64,000 bases of DNA from an uncultured Pseudomonadota bacterium (GTDB lineage Bacteria > Pseudomonadota > Alphaproteobacteria > JACZXZ01). Under the pieces are notes generated by a model. It worked only from the letters and a program-made list of their open reading frames with translations. It did not search any database and had not been told where the DNA came from. Positions 39,579-50,600 of this stretch are shown piece by piece; positions within the stretch are counted from its first letter, which is position 1; each line of letters begins with the position of its first letter. The translations under genes and the position numbers were made by a program. The DNA lies in the NCBI GenBank assembly GCA_963749075.1, contig CAVVLJ010000016.1, positions 1 to 64,000 of the forward strand, given 5' to 3'.

Positions 39579-40931
39579 ATGATCAGCGACGAGCGTGGGC
39601 TCCTTCTCACGACCGCGAGCGCCGAGGCTGCCGGTCACTTCGACACCGTCGTCTCGCACTATGTCAAATACAAGTGGGACACCGCCGCCTGGACCGAGAA
39701 GATGCTCGAGGCGGATCCCGGCTTTGCCATGGGCCATTGCCTCAAGGGCTATCTTGCCATGACCGCCTTCGACAAGCGCCGCCTCGGGGCCATGGCGAAG
39801 TGTCTCGCCGCGGCGCACGCCGGCGAGGAGGAGGCGAGTGCCCGCGAGCGCCTCCACATCGCGGCCCTCGCCGCCTGGCACAAGGGCGCCTTGCACGAGG
39901 CCTTCAAGCTGTGGCATGCGATCCTTGCGGAGCATCCCACGGACATGCTCGCCGCGCGCATCGCCCATTTCAATTATTTCTGGGCCGGCGACGCGCGTGC
40001 GATGTATGAGGTCGTCGCCAAGCCCTTAGCCGCCTGGTCGCCCGAGCTCCCTGGCTACGGCTCGATGCTTGCCATGCTCGCCTTCGGCCACGAGGAGTGC
40101 GGCGCCTATCGCGAGGCCGAGGCGGCGGCGCTGCGCTCGCTCGATGACGACCGCGCCGAGCTCTGGGCGGCGCACGCGCGCGCCCACGTCATGGAGATGG
40201 AAGGCCGCAATGCCGAGGGCGTCGCCTGGCTCGCGGGCGAGGAGCGCTTCTGGGAGGGCGGCAACAACATGCTGCATCATCTGTGGTGGCACCGCGCCCT
40301 CTTCCATCTCGAGCTCGGGGAGATGGATGCGGTGCTGGAGCTCTACGACCGCAAGTTCCGCAACCTCGCCTCACCGCTCGTCAAGGCGATGCCCGACCTC
40401 TACATCGACCTGCAGAACGCCGTCTCCATGCTGTGGCGCCTCGAGGCGGCGGGCGTCGCGGTGGGGGCGCGCTGGGGCGAGCTTGCCGACAAGGCGAGCG
40501 AGCGCCTGGGCGACGCGCAGAACCTCTTCACGCCGCCGCATCTGGTCATGGCCCTCGCGGCAGCCGGCCGCACGGCCGCGGCGGAGCGCTTCCTCGCCGC
40601 ACTCGAGGAGGCGGCCCGAGGCGGCAATGAGGCTACGGCCGCGGTGCTGAACGAGGTCGACATCCCGCTGGCGGCCGCCGTGCTCGCCCATCGCCAGGGC
40701 GATCACGCCCGCGTCGTGGCGCTCATGGAGCCGATCCGGCACGAGGTCTGGCGCATCGGCGGCAGCCACGCCCAGCGCGACCTCTTCACGGAGATGCTGC
40801 TCGACGCAGCGCTCGCCTGCGGGCGCACGGCGCTTGCGCGCGCCATCCTCGCCGAGGAAGCGAAGGCGCGGCCGGCTCCCATCGCCGGGCGCCGCTTCTA
40901 TGCCGCGGCGGCAGCGCGCATGGTGCAATAG
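39579..40931 (+). CDS. TTC38-like tetratricopeptide repeat protein
   Basis: HPTD.LA, AFG.EE.G.Y, WA.HA.AHV.EM.GR, H.WWH.AL, IGGSHAQRD. Confidence 0.85.
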   Translation: MISDERGLLLTTASAEAAGHFDTVVSHYVKYKWDTAAWTEKMLEADPGFAMGHCLKGYLAMTAFDKRRLGAMAKCLAAAHAGEEEASARERLHIAALAAWHKGALHEAFKLWHAILAEHPTDMLAARIAHFNYFWAGDARAMYEVVAKPLAAWSPELPGYGSMLAMLAFGHEECGAYREAEAAALRSLDDDRAELWAAHARAHVMEMEGRNAEGVAWLAGEERFWEGGNNMLHHLWWHRALFHLELGEMDAVLELYDRKFRNLASPLVKAMPDLYIDLQNAVSMLWRLEAAGVAVGARWGELADKASERLGDAQNLFTPPHLVMALAAAGRTAAAERFLAALEEAARGGNEATAAVLNEVDIPLAAAVLAHRQGDHARVVALMEPIRHEVWRIGGSHAQRDLFTEMLLDAALACGRTALARAILAEEAKARPAPIAGRRFYAAAAARMVQ

Positions 40932-40957
40932 GGAGGCGAAACGGGAGCCGCGAGCTC

Positions 40958-43630
40958 TCAGGAGGCCTGGACGCTCCGCGTGCCGCCCGCCTCGCGCGCA
41001 GGCATTGCCGCCATCGCCGCCGCTGGCAGCGGCACGGGCAGCGACTTGGGCGCGCGGCTCCAGCCGAGGCTCGGCATGGCGCTGATGAGAGAGGTGGCGA
41101 CGCCGGCGGCGTAGGGCAGCGACATGGAGAGCAGCATCGAGGCCCAGGTGAGCGCCTCGTCGTTCTGCCAGCCGCTGCCCAGCGTGCCGTCGCCGATGAG
41201 GATGACGGCGGCACCGAGCCAGAGCAGCGTCACCAGCACGAACTCCTCCCACGCGACGACGATGCCGCGGATGATCGCCGACTTGTCCTCGCATTTGGGC
41301 GTGCGCAGGAAGGGCCGCTCGTCGGTGAAGAGGCCGAGCAGCACCGCCTTGGAGACGGCGTGGGTGAGCGCCATGCCGGCAAGTGCGGCGCCTATGCGCT
41401 GGCGCAGCCCGCAGCCCACCTTCGCCTGGTAGAGCCAGATCGTCTCGATCAGCTTGAAGCCCACCATGACGAGGGCCGGCACCACGAAGACGCCGAGGGG
41501 GAATTCGAACCAGTGGGGCGAGAGCGCGAGGAGCGCCGTCCAGCCGAGTGCCGCGAGCGTGAAGAGGAGCTGCAGCCCGTCGCCGAGCCAGGGCAGCCAG
41601 CCGGCGAGGAAGTGGAACTTCTGGCCGGACGTAAGCGCGTGGCTGCCGGGGAGGAACCAGCCGAGGTGGCGCTTCAGGATCTGCATGGCGCCATAGGCCC
41701 AGCGGAAGCGCTGCGAGCGGTAGCCGGCGAAGCTGTCGGGCGTCAGCCCCTGGCCGAAGGACTCCTTGACGTAGACCGCCTCGTAGCCCTCGGCGATGAC
41801 GCGCAGGCCGAGCTCGGCGTCCTCGCAGATGCACCACTCGGCCCAGCCGCCCAGCTTGTCGAGCAGCGAGCGGCGCACCAGCGTCATGGTGCCGTGCTGG
41901 ATGATGGCGTTCGCCTCGTTGCGCAGCACCATGCCGAGGTTGAAGAAGCCGGCATATTCCCAGTTGATCGCCTCCTTGAAGAGGCTCTCGCCGCCGTCGC
42001 GGTGGTCCTGCGGGCATTGCACCACGCCGACGCGCTCGTTGGCGAGATGGGGCACCGTCGCCTTGAGCCAGTCCGCGCGCACCACGTAGTCGCTGTCGAT
42101 CACGCCGACGATCTCGGCCGCTGGGTCGCAGGCCTTGAGTGCCAAGTTGAGGGCACCCGCCTTGAAGCCCCTGAGGCCGTCCACATGGATGAAGCGGACG
42201 CGCCCGCCGAGCCCCGCGCAATGGGCCTCGACCGGCCGCCATATGTCGGGATTCCGGGTGTTGTTGTCGATCACCAGGATCTCGAGGTTGGGATAGTCGA
42301 GCGCCGCCAGGCTGTTGATCGTCTGGATCACCATGGCGACGGGCTCGTTGTGGATGGGGAGGTGCAGCGACACCTTGGGCAGCGGCGTCTCGCTCCCCGG
42401 CAAGGCCGCCCTGAACTCGCGGCGCCAGCGCCGCGTCCACAGCATGATCGCCATCTGGCCGCCCTCGGTCACGAGGAGCGCCAGGAGGCCGAGCTGGCCG
42501 AGCATCATCACGCTCCACAGCGCGAGGTCGGTCGAGGTGAGATAGCGCTCCGAGCCCGAGAGGATGCTCCAGGCGAGGATAGAGCCGGCGGCCTGGGCGA
42601 TGGCGGCGAAGGTCAGCTGGCCGGCGAGATGGAGCTCGCGCCAGCGGATCAGGAAGAAGAGCATCGCGGGCAGCGCCATGAGCGTCGCGGCGAGTGCCAC
42701 ATAGGGCCAGTAGGCATTCTCGGTGACCGGCCCGGCGAGCGCGTATTTGGCCTGCCGGTCCGCGTCATAGAGGCCCCAATAGGCGCCGACCGTGCCCTCG
42801 ATCCTCTCCTTCCAGGGTTGGTCGAAGGCCTCCATGAGGAAGTACTGCACCCCCTCGCGGTCGGCGAAGTTGAGGAACTCGCGCATGAAGCGCGCCTGGT
42901 TGGCCGGGCTGGCCTTGGCCAGGCCGAACTGCGGGCCCTTGCTCGGCCAGCCGACCTCGGTCAGCACGATCGGCTTGTTGGGGAAGGCCTGCTTGAGGCG
43001 CTCGTACTCGCCGGCCACGAAACTGACCGCGTCCTTGATCGGCACGCCCTCCCAATACGGCAGGATATGGGCGGCGATGTAGTCGACCTCCTTGCCGAGC
43101 TCGGGATGGGCGAGCCAGACATAGGCGGGCTCGGCGGTCGAAACCGGCACCTCGATGCGGCTGCGCGCCCAGCGCAGGTAGCGGATCATCTCGGGCACGC
43201 TCACGTCGGCGCGGTGGATGGACTCGTTGCCGACCAGCACGCGGTCGATGTTGGGGTAGAGCCGCACCATGTTGACCAGGGTGTCGAGCTCGAGCTGGTT
43301 GTTGTCGAGGCGCTTGTCGAGCCAGGCGCCGGCGGCGACGTAGAGCCCGTACTTGGCCGCCAGGCCGGGCACGTCCTCGACTCCCTCGGTCGTGCTGTAG
43401 GTGCGCACCGCGGCCACGCGGGTCTGCAGCAGCTTGAGGTCGCTGTCGATCTCCTGCCGGCTGGGGAACTTGCCGGTGGTCGGGTTCTCGCTCTCCCGGT
43501 AGGGGCTGAAGGAAACGCCTTGAATGACGCCCCACCAGGAAGGCAGCTCGGAAGGCTGATTGAACGCCCACCAGACCGCGAAATTGGCGGCGGCTACCAA
43601 CGCTATGATGATGAGGCTCGCCCGACGCAT
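40958..43630 (-). CDS. NdvB-like GH17 + GT2 membrane glucan synthase
   Basis: GH17-like SFSPY, VGNE, EVGWPS, EAFDQPWK; GT2 IDNNT, GFKAGALN, IDSD, ICEDAELG, QRFRW; multiple TM helices. Confidence 0.9.
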   Translation of the reverse strand: MRRASLIIIALVAAANFAVWWAFNQPSELPSWWGVIQGVSFSPYRESENPTTGKFPSRQEIDSDLKLLQTRVAAVRTYSTTEGVEDVPGLAAKYGLYVAAGAWLDKRLDNNQLELDTLVNMVRLYPNIDRVLVGNESIHRADVSVPEMIRYLRWARSRIEVPVSTAEPAYVWLAHPELGKEVDYIAAHILPYWEGVPIKDAVSFVAGEYERLKQAFPNKPIVLTEVGWPSKGPQFGLAKASPANQARFMREFLNFADREGVQYFLMEAFDQPWKERIEGTVGAYWGLYDADRQAKYALAGPVTENAYWPYVALAATLMALPAMLFFLIRWRELHLAGQLTFAAIAQAAGSILAWSILSGSERYLTSTDLALWSVMMLGQLGLLALLVTEGGQMAIMLWTRRWRREFRAALPGSETPLPKVSLHLPIHNEPVAMVIQTINSLAALDYPNLEILVIDNNTRNPDIWRPVEAHCAGLGGRVRFIHVDGLRGFKAGALNLALKACDPAAEIVGVIDSDYVVRADWLKATVPHLANERVGVVQCPQDHRDGGESLFKEAINWEYAGFFNLGMVLRNEANAIIQHGTMTLVRRSLLDKLGGWAEWCICEDAELGLRVIAEGYEAVYVKESFGQGLTPDSFAGYRSQRFRWAYGAMQILKRHLGWFLPGSHALTSGQKFHFLAGWLPWLGDGLQLLFTLAALGWTALLALSPHWFEFPLGVFVVPALVMVGFKLIETIWLYQAKVGCGLRQRIGAALAGMALTHAVSKAVLLGLFTDERPFLRTPKCEDKSAIIRGIVVAWEEFVLVTLLWLGAAVILIGDGTLGSGWQNDEALTWASMLLSMSLPYAAGVATSLISAMPSLGWSRAPKSLPVPLPAAAMAAMPAREAGGTRSVQAS

Positions 43631-44115
43631 GTTCTTGTCTTTCGAACTCACACGCACCCGCGGCAATCCGCGCGTCGCGGCGGCGCTGCGTCGGCAATAC
43701 CTTGGCTTGGCGACGTGGCTGAAAATCGGCCCGCTTCTTGCGTCAGGCGCCCTACCGCGCCTGCTCCGGCACCCTGCATGAGCCCGCGCGCTACCGGTGC
43801 CCCGGCCGCTGAGAACGCCCGAACCTCATGCCAATTCCCGAGATGCCCTCGTGGAGCGGGACTGCCCCTCAGTGACGCGCTCTTGCCCTCGTCGAGGTAT
43901 TTTTGCCTTCCACACGCCGCTTGAGGCCGCACCGGCCAACCGGCTCCTACTGCGCTTATTGCGGCCGAGGCCAATTTCGGCCTCTGACAACATATAAGAA
44001 GATGGCGCGCCCGGCGTCCAGTGGAGTCGGTGCGATCCTTTCATGATTTTTTCGAATGGGCGCGAGCGGCAAGCTTCATGGATGGAACTTTGCGCCGGCC
44101 GCCGGCATTCTACGC

Positions 44116-45114
44116 TCAGGGGACGCTCTCGGCGTAGTGGCAGGCGACCAGCCCGCGCTCGAGGGCGCGGAGCGCCGGACGCTCGGCGGCGCAGCGCGCT
44201 TGCGCGTAGGGGCAGCGGGTGTGGAACGCGCAACCCGCGGGCGGGTTCAACGGCGAAGGCAGTTCCCCTTTGAGCATCAAGCGCTTGGCGCGCAGTCGGC
44301 GATCGACGAAGGGGGTCGAGGCGAGAAGCGCCTTGGTATAGGGGTGGCGGGGGGCGGCGAAGAGGGCGTCCTTGCTGCCCTGCTCGACCGTGCGGCCGAG
44401 GTACATCACCATGACCTCGTCCGCGATGTGGCGCACCACCGAGAGCCCATGGGAGATGAAGAGGTAGGCGAGGCGGAACTCCTCCTGCAGGTCCATGAGC
44501 AGGTTGAGGACCTGGGCCTGGATCGACACGTCGAGGGCCGAGACCGGCTCGTCCGCCACCACGACGCTGGGGCGGAGCATGAGCGCGCGCGCGATGGCGA
44601 TGCGCTGGCGCTGGCCGCCCGAGAACATGTGCGGGTAGCGCTCGTAGAACTCGGGGCGCAGGCCGACCCGCGCCATCATGGCGCGCGCCGCCTCGCGCCG
44701 GGCCGCCGCCGTCATGCGGGTATTGATGACGAGCGGCTCCTCGAGGATGGCGCCGACCTTGCGCCGCGGATTGAGCGAGCCATAGGGGTCCTGGAAGACG
44801 ATCTGGACGTGGCGGCGGAGCGGGGCGAGCGCTGCCTTGGCCGCCCCCGCCACCTCATGGCCCACGAGCTTGAGACTGCCCGAGGTGGGCGGCTCGATGA
44901 GGGTCACCATGCGCGCGAGCGTGGATTTGCCGCAGCCGGACTCGCCCACGACGGCCAGCGTGCGGCCGGCCGCCAGACGAAAGCTGGCGCCGTCGACCGC
45001 GGCAAGCTCGGCGGGTGGTGCCAAGAGGCCCTGGCGCACCTTATAGACCTTGGTGAGGCTCTCGGCCTCGACCACGGGCGTCTCGGGAGCGGCACCGGCG
45101 GCGGCCGCGCTCAC
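44116..45114 (-). CDS. dppF: Dipeptide ABC transporter ATPase
   Basis: [29 protein letters not shown]. Confidence 0.92.
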   Translation of the reverse strand: MSAAAAGAAPETPVVEAESLTKVYKVRQGLLAPPAELAAVDGASFRLAAGRTLAVVGESGCGKSTLARMVTLIEPPTSGSLKLVGHEVAGAAKAALAPLRRHVQIVFQDPYGSLNPRRKVGAILEEPLVINTRMTAAARREAARAMMARVGLRPEFYERYPHMFSGGQRQRIAIARALMLRPSVVVADEPVSALDVSIQAQVLNLLMDLQEEFRLAYLFISHGLSVVRHIADEVMVMYLGRTVEQGSKDALFAAPRHPYTKALLASTPFVDRRLRAKRLMLKGELPSPLNPPAGCAFHTRCPYAQARCAAERPALRALERGLVACHYAESVP

Positions 45115-46094
45115 GGCTCGGCCTCCATGGCGGCGGCGGCGAGCGGGTAATGGCAGCGTACGCGGGCACCCTCGAGGGCGCCGAGCGCCGGCTGCTCGGC
45201 ACGGCAGTGCCGGTCGGCATAGCCGCAGCGCGGGTTGAAGAGGCAGCCCGCCGGCCGGTCGCCAAGGCCGGGGACGACGCCGGGGATGGTCTGCAGGCGC
45301 CGCGCATGCGCGCTGCGCTCGGGCAGGCCCGCGAGGAGGGCGGCCGTATAGGGATGCCGCGGCCTGACGAAGAGCTCGGCGGCCCGCGCCTCCTCGACGA
45401 TCTGCCCCGCGTACATGACGACGACGCGCTCGGCCGTCTCGGCCACCACGCCCATGTCATGGGTGATGAGGATGAGCGCCATGCCGCGCTCGCGCTGGAG
45501 GCTCACCAGGAGCTCGAGAATCTGCGCCTGGATGGTCACGTCGAGCGCCGTCGTCGGCTCGTCGGCGATGAGGAGCCGCGGGTTGCAGGCGATCGCCATG
45601 GCGATCATGACGCGCTGGTTCATGCCGCCGGAGAGCTGGTGCGGGAAGGCGCCGAGCCGGCTTGCCGGCGCCGGGATGCCGACCTGTGCCAGGAGATCCA
45701 CGGCGCGCGCTCTGAGCGCCTTCCTCGTGCCGCCCTCGTGGATGCTTAAGGTCTCCATGATCTGATAGCCGACGGTGAAGCAGGGGTTGAGGCTGGTCAT
45801 CGGCTCCTGGAAGATCATCGCGATGTCCTTGCCGGCGATGCGCCGGCGCGCGCGCGCCCCGATCGTAAGCAGGTTCTTGCCGGCGAACTCGAGCCGTGCC
45901 GCGCGGACCTCGCCCGGATAGGCGACGAGGCCCATGAGCGCCAGCATGGCGACGCTCTTGCCGGAGCCGGATTCGCCGACGATGCCGACGGTCTCGCCCT
46001 CGCCGAGTGCCAGGCTCACGCCGTCGACCGCCTTGAGGGTGCCGCGCGCGGTGGCGAAATCGACCGCGAGGCTCTCGATCTCGAGGAGCGCCAT
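45111..46094 (-). CDS. dppD: Dipeptide ABC transporter ATPase
   Basis: [28 protein letters not shown]. Confidence 0.92.
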   Translation of the reverse strand: MALLEIESLAVDFATARGTLKAVDGVSLALGEGETVGIVGESGSGKSVAMLALMGLVAYPGEVRAARLEFAGKNLLTIGARARRRIAGKDIAMIFQEPMTSLNPCFTVGYQIMETLSIHEGGTRKALRARAVDLLAQVGIPAPASRLGAFPHQLSGGMNQRVMIAMAIACNPRLLIADEPTTALDVTIQAQILELLVSLQRERGMALILITHDMGVVAETAERVVVMYAGQIVEEARAAELFVRPRHPYTAALLAGLPERSAHARRLQTIPGVVPGLGDRPAGCLFNPRCGYADRHCRAEQPALGALEGARVRCHYPLAAAAMEAEP

Positions 46095-46107
46095 TGCCGC
46101 CCCCGAC

Positions 46108-47010
46108 CTAGCGCTTGAGCCGGGGGTCGAGGGCGTCGCGCAGGCCGTCGCCCATGAGGTTGCCGGCGAGCACGGTCACCAGGATGGCGAGCCCCGGCAG
46201 CGTCACCACCCACCAGGCGCGCAGGACGAACTCGCGCGAATCGGCGAGCATGGTGCCCCATTCGGGCGTCGGCGGTTGCGCGCCGAGGCCGAGGAAGCCC
46301 AACGCCGCGGCATCGATGATGCCGGCGGAGAAGCTCAAGGTCGCCTGCACGATGAGGGGGGCCAGGCAGTTGGGCAGCACGGTCGCGAACATCAGCCGCG
46401 CGGTCGAGGCGCCATTCACGCGCGAGGCCGTGACATAGTCCTTGGCGAGCTCGCCGATCACCGCCGCGCGCGTGATGCGCACGAAGTACGGCAGATAGAC
46501 GATGGCGACCGAGATCATGGCGTTGGCAAGCCCGGGTCCGAGGATCGCCACGATGACGATGGCGAGGAGCAGGCCCGGGATGGTCAGGATGACGTCCATG
46601 AGGCGCATGACGAGGATGCCGACGGCCCCCTGGAAGAAGCCGGCCACGAGCCCGAGAACGGTGCCAGCCGAGAGCGAGATGAGCACCACGATGCTGCCGA
46701 TGAGCAGCGAATAGCGCGTGCCGTGGATGAGGCGCGAGAGCATGTCGCGGCCGATGGCATCGGTGCCGAGGGGATAGGTGAGGCTGCCGCCCTCCTCCCA
46801 GAAGGGCGGCTTCAAGAAGGCATCGTCGTGGGTGGCGATCGGCGAGTGCGGCGAAATCACGTCCGCGAAGGCGGCGAGGAGCACGATGAGTACGATGATG
46901 GCGAGGCCGCCGACGGCACCCGGATTGTCGCTGAAATAGCTCCAGAACTCGCGCAGGGGCGAGGGCGGAGCCCGGACGGCTTCTGCGAGCGCCTCGCTCT
47001 CTAGGGCCAT
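46108..47010 (-). CDS. dppC: Dipeptide ABC transporter permease
   Basis: [33 protein letters not shown]. Confidence 0.92.
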   Translation of the reverse strand: MALESEALAEAVRAPPSPLREFWSYFSDNPGAVGGLAIIVLIVLLAAFADVISPHSPIATHDDAFLKPPFWEEGGSLTYPLGTDAIGRDMLSRLIHGTRYSLLIGSIVVLISLSAGTVLGLVAGFFQGAVGILVMRLMDVILTIPGLLLAIVIVAILGPGLANAMISVAIVYLPYFVRITRAAVIGELAKDYVTASRVNGASTARLMFATVLPNCLAPLIVQATLSFSAGIIDAAALGFLGLGAQPPTPEWGTMLADSREFVLRAWWVVTLPGLAILVTVLAGNLMGDGLRDALDPRLKR

Positions 47011-47017
47011 GGCCGCC

Positions 47018-48028
47018 TCACCGCCGGTAGCGGATGCGCGGGTTGATCAGGCCGTAGAGCATGTCGACGCCGAGGTTGACCAGCATGATGACCGTGCCGA
47101 TGAGGAGCACCCCGCCCTGCAGCACCGGATAATCGCGCCGGTTGATGCCCTCGACCAGCCACTTGCCCACGCCCGGCCAGGAGAAGATGGTCTCGGTCAG
47201 GATGGCGCCGGCGAAGAGCGAGCCGACGTAGAGCCCGATCACCGTGATCACCGGAATGAGCGCGTTCCTGAGCGCGTGCACGCCGACCACCCAGATCGGG
47301 GCGAGGCCCTTGGCGCGCGCCGTGCGGATGTAGTCCTCGCCGAGCACCTCGAGCATGGACGAGCGCGTCATGCGCGCGATCACGGCGAGCGGGATGGTGC
47401 CGAGCGCCACCGCCGGCAGGATGAGGTGGCTCAACGCCGAGGCGAAGGCGCCGTCGTCGCCGGAGAGGGCGGAATCGATGAGGAGGAAGCCGGTCACCGG
47501 CTGGACGTCGAACTCGACCGAGATGCGCCCCGAGACCGGCGTCCAGTGGAGCGTGTTGGAGAAGAAGATGATGAGAAGGAGCCCCCACCAGAAGATCGGC
47601 ATGGAATAGCCGGTGAGCGAGACGCCCATCACGCCGTGGTCGAGCACCGAGTTGCGCTTGACCGCGGCGAGAATGCCGGCCGGCAGCCCGATCCCCACGG
47701 CGAGCAGCATGGCCGAGAGCGAGAGCTCGATCGTCGCAGGGAAGAGCGCTCGGAACTCGTCGATGATCGGCGCATGGGTGATGAGCGAGACGCCGAGGTC
47801 GCCGCGCAGCACGTGGCTCATGTAGACGAGGTACTGGACGTAGAGCGGCCGGTCGAGGCCGTAGTCGTGCAACAGTTCGGCGTGACGTGCCGCCGTAATG
47901 CCGCGCTCGCCGGCCAGTATCTCGATGGGATCGCCGGGCACGGCATGGACGAGGAGGAAGGTGAGGAGCGTGATCCCGATGAAGGTCGGGACGATGAGGC
48001 TCAAGCGCGTGAAGATGAAGCGCAGCAT
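47018..48028 (-). CDS. dppB: Dipeptide ABC transporter permease
   Basis: PGDP, PATIEL, ARMTRSSMLEVL.EDYIRTARAKG, HALRNA. Confidence 0.92.
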   Translation of the reverse strand: MLRFIFTRLSLIVPTFIGITLLTFLLVHAVPGDPIEILAGERGITAARHAELLHDYGLDRPLYVQYLVYMSHVLRGDLGVSLITHAPIIDEFRALFPATIELSLSAMLLAVGIGLPAGILAAVKRNSVLDHGVMGVSLTGYSMPIFWWGLLLIIFFSNTLHWTPVSGRISVEFDVQPVTGFLLIDSALSGDDGAFASALSHLILPAVALGTIPLAVIARMTRSSMLEVLGEDYIRTARAKGLAPIWVVGVHALRNALIPVITVIGLYVGSLFAGAILTETIFSWPGVGKWLVEGINRRDYPVLQGGVLLIGTVIMLVNLGVDMLYGLINPRIRYRR

Positions 48029-48068
48029 CCGTTCCTAGCGCCCGGGTTCTCGGTGGCGCAACGGACCC

Positions 48069-48168
48069 CCCACCCCAGCCCTCCCCCTCAAGGGGGGAGG
48101 GAGCTGCTGCGAGCATGCTCTACCGACCTTGTCCCTCCCCCCTTGAGGGGGAGGGTAGGGAGGGGGGA
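48069..48168. repeat. Inverted REP pair (CCCTCCCCC-N-GGGGGAGGG variant) between dppA and dppB
   Basis: CCCTCCCCCTCAAGGGGGGAGGG … CCCTCCCCCTTGAGGGGGAGGG. Confidence 0.7.
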
Positions 48169-48229
48169 CCGGCATCAAGGCTCCGAACATTGGCCGGCGC
48201 CGCGCGGCGCCGGCCGCCGCATCACCGCC

Positions 48230-49831
48230 TCAGCTCCCCTCTTTGAAGTAGCAGCGGGCGAAATCGTGGCCGCCGAGCGGGCTCAGGGTGAAGCCCTCGA
48301 GGTCCTTCCTCATCACCTTCACCTGCACCGCGTGCGCGATCAGGTACCAGGGCGTCTCCTCGTGGACGATGACCTGGGCCTTCTTATAGAGCTCGGTGCG
48401 CTTGGCGATATTGGTGGTGCGCTGTGCCTCGGTGACGAGCGCGTCGAAATCCTTGTTGCACCACTTGGCGACGTTGCCGCCGCCCGGTGCCGCCGCGGCG
48501 CAGCCGAGCAGCGTGAAGAGGAAGTTGTCGGGATCGCCGTTGTCGCCGGTCCAGCCGAGCTGCACCATCTGGGGCTCGCCGGCCTGGGCGCGCTTGCGGT
48601 ACTCGCCCCACTCGTAGGAGACGATCTTGGCCTTGATGCCGACCTTGGCGAGGTCCGCCTGCATGAGCTCGGCGATGCGCTTTCCGTTCGGATTGTAGGG
48701 GCGCTGCACCGGGATGGCCCAGAGGTCGGTCTCGAAGCCGTTGGGCAGGCCCGCCTCGGCGAGCAGCTTCTTCGCCATCGCCGGATCATAGGGGTAGTCC
48801 TTAATCGCATCGTTGTAGGACCACATGGAGGGCGGGATCGGGTTCTTCGCCGGGATGCCGATCCCCAGGTAGACCGCGTCGAGGATCGCCTTCTTGTTGA
48901 TGGCGTAATCGACCGCCTTGCGCACGCGCTTGTCGTCGAAGGGCTTCTTCTGGGTGTTGAAGGCGAGATAGCCGACGTTGAGGCCGGGCTGCTCGAGCAC
49001 CTTGAGCGCCGGGTCCTTCTTCATGGCCGGGATGTCGGCCGGGTTCGGGTAGGGCATGATGGTGCACTCGCCCGACTTGAGCTTGGCGTAGCGCACCGAG
49101 TTGTCCGGCGTGATGGCGAAGACGAGATCGACCTTGGGCTTGCCGCCCCAGTAGTTCGGGTTCGCCTTGTAGCGGATGATGGCGTCCTTCTGATAGCTCT
49201 CGAAGATGAAGGGGCCGGTGCCGACCGGCTCCTGGTCGACCGTCTCGGGCTTGCCCGCCTTCATCATCTGGTCGGCGTATTCCTTGGAGGTGATGGTGGC
49301 GAAGTCCATGGCCATGTTGGCGAGGAAGGGCGCGTTGGGCACGTTGAGCGTGAAGCGCACCGTGTGGTCGTCGACCTTCTCCACCGACTTGAGGATCTTC
49401 GGCATGTCCATGTCGTTGAAGTAGCTGTGGTTGTCGCTGGTGACCTTGAAGTAGGGGTTGTCCTTGTTCGACTGGCGGTCGAAGCTGAAGACCACGTCGT
49501 CGGCGTCGAAGTCGCGGCTCGGCTTGAAGGTCTTCGTGGTGTGCCACTTGACGCCCTTGCGCAGATGGAAGGTATAGGTGAGGGCGTCGGGCGAGATGTC
49601 CCAGCTCTGCGCCAGGGCGGGCTGCACCTTCGTGGTGCCAGGCGTGAACTCGACGAGGCGGTTGTAGACCTGCCGCGAGGCGTCGAAGGACGTGCCGGTG
49701 GTGTTGATCGCCGGGTAGAAATTCTCCGGGCTGCCCTCGGAGCAGAAGATGACCGTTTTCGCCTCGGCGCCGGCCGCGAACGCCGCGGCGGCGGCCAGTC
49801 CGAGTGCGGCGGCCAAGAGATGTCGCTTCAT
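48230..49831 (-). CDS. dppA: Dipeptide ABC transporter substrate-binding protein
   Basis: Signal peptide, CSEGSPE, PVGTGPF, VQRPYNPN, GWTGDNGDPDNF. Confidence 0.95.
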   Translation of the reverse strand: MKRHLLAAALGLAAAAAFAAGAEAKTVIFCSEGSPENFYPAINTTGTSFDASRQVYNRLVEFTPGTTKVQPALAQSWDISPDALTYTFHLRKGVKWHTTKTFKPSRDFDADDVVFSFDRQSNKDNPYFKVTSDNHSYFNDMDMPKILKSVEKVDDHTVRFTLNVPNAPFLANMAMDFATITSKEYADQMMKAGKPETVDQEPVGTGPFIFESYQKDAIIRYKANPNYWGGKPKVDLVFAITPDNSVRYAKLKSGECTIMPYPNPADIPAMKKDPALKVLEQPGLNVGYLAFNTQKKPFDDKRVRKAVDYAINKKAILDAVYLGIGIPAKNPIPPSMWSYNDAIKDYPYDPAMAKKLLAEAGLPNGFETDLWAIPVQRPYNPNGKRIAELMQADLAKVGIKAKIVSYEWGEYRKRAQAGEPQMVQLGWTGDNGDPDNFLFTLLGCAAAAPGGGNVAKWCNKDFDALVTEAQRTTNIAKRTELYKKAQVIVHEETPWYLIAHAVQVKVMRKDLEGFTLSPLGGHDFARCYFKEGS

Positions 49832-50024
49832 GGCTGGTCTCCCTGTGCCCGATGCCCCGTCGGTCGGCCGGCAGACCCGGCCGCAGAGCGGTGGCGGTTG
49901 CCGGCAACTGTGCGCGCGCGAAGTGCCGCTGTCAACCGAGGCAGGGAGTGCCGGGATCGCAGCGAGGAGCGCCGAGCGGCCCGCCGGCGTTGACGAGGCG
50001 GGGCGATCGATTATCCTCGCCGCC

Positions 50025-50519
50025 ATGAAGCCCTCGGCAACTCCCGCCCCGCTCGAGCTCCACCGCGAGAGCGTGCTGCCCGAATGGACCGACTACAACG
50101 GCCACATGAACCTCGCCTATTATGTCCTCGCCTTCGATCACGCGACCGACCGGCTCTTCGACCATCTCGGCCTCGGACACGCCTACCGGTTGCGCACCGA
50201 CCACTCGCTCTTCACGCTCGAGGCCCATGTGAGCTACGCGCGCGAGCTCAATGCCGGCGATGCGCTGCGCTTCACCACCCAGCTCGTCGCGTACGACGCC
50301 AAGCGCATCCATTACTTCCACGCCATGTACCACGCGGACGAGGGCTATCTCGCGGCGACCAACGAGCTCCTCAGCATCCACGTGAGCCTGTCCGCGCGGC
50401 GCGCGAGCGCCATGCCGGCGGCCGCCCTGGCACGGCTCGAGCGCCTCATGGCCGAGCACGCCGCGCTCCCGCGTCCGCCGCAGCTCGGTCGCGTCATCGC
50501 GATTCCGCGCAAGGGCTAA
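50025..50519 (+). CDS. Thioesterase (hotdog fold, 4HBT-like)
   Basis: V.PEW.DYNGHMN.AYY..FD. Confidence 0.88.
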   Translation: MKPSATPAPLELHRESVLPEWTDYNGHMNLAYYVLAFDHATDRLFDHLGLGHAYRLRTDHSLFTLEAHVSYARELNAGDALRFTTQLVAYDAKRIHYFHAMYHADEGYLAATNELLSIHVSLSARRASAMPAAALARLERLMAEHAALPRPPQLGRVIAIPRKG

Positions 50520-50600
50520 GGGCGATTTGCCGGCTTCCTTGCGGCGCTGCGGCCGCGGCCGCATAATCCCGCGGCATTCCTCGCTTCGCACGGCTGACCC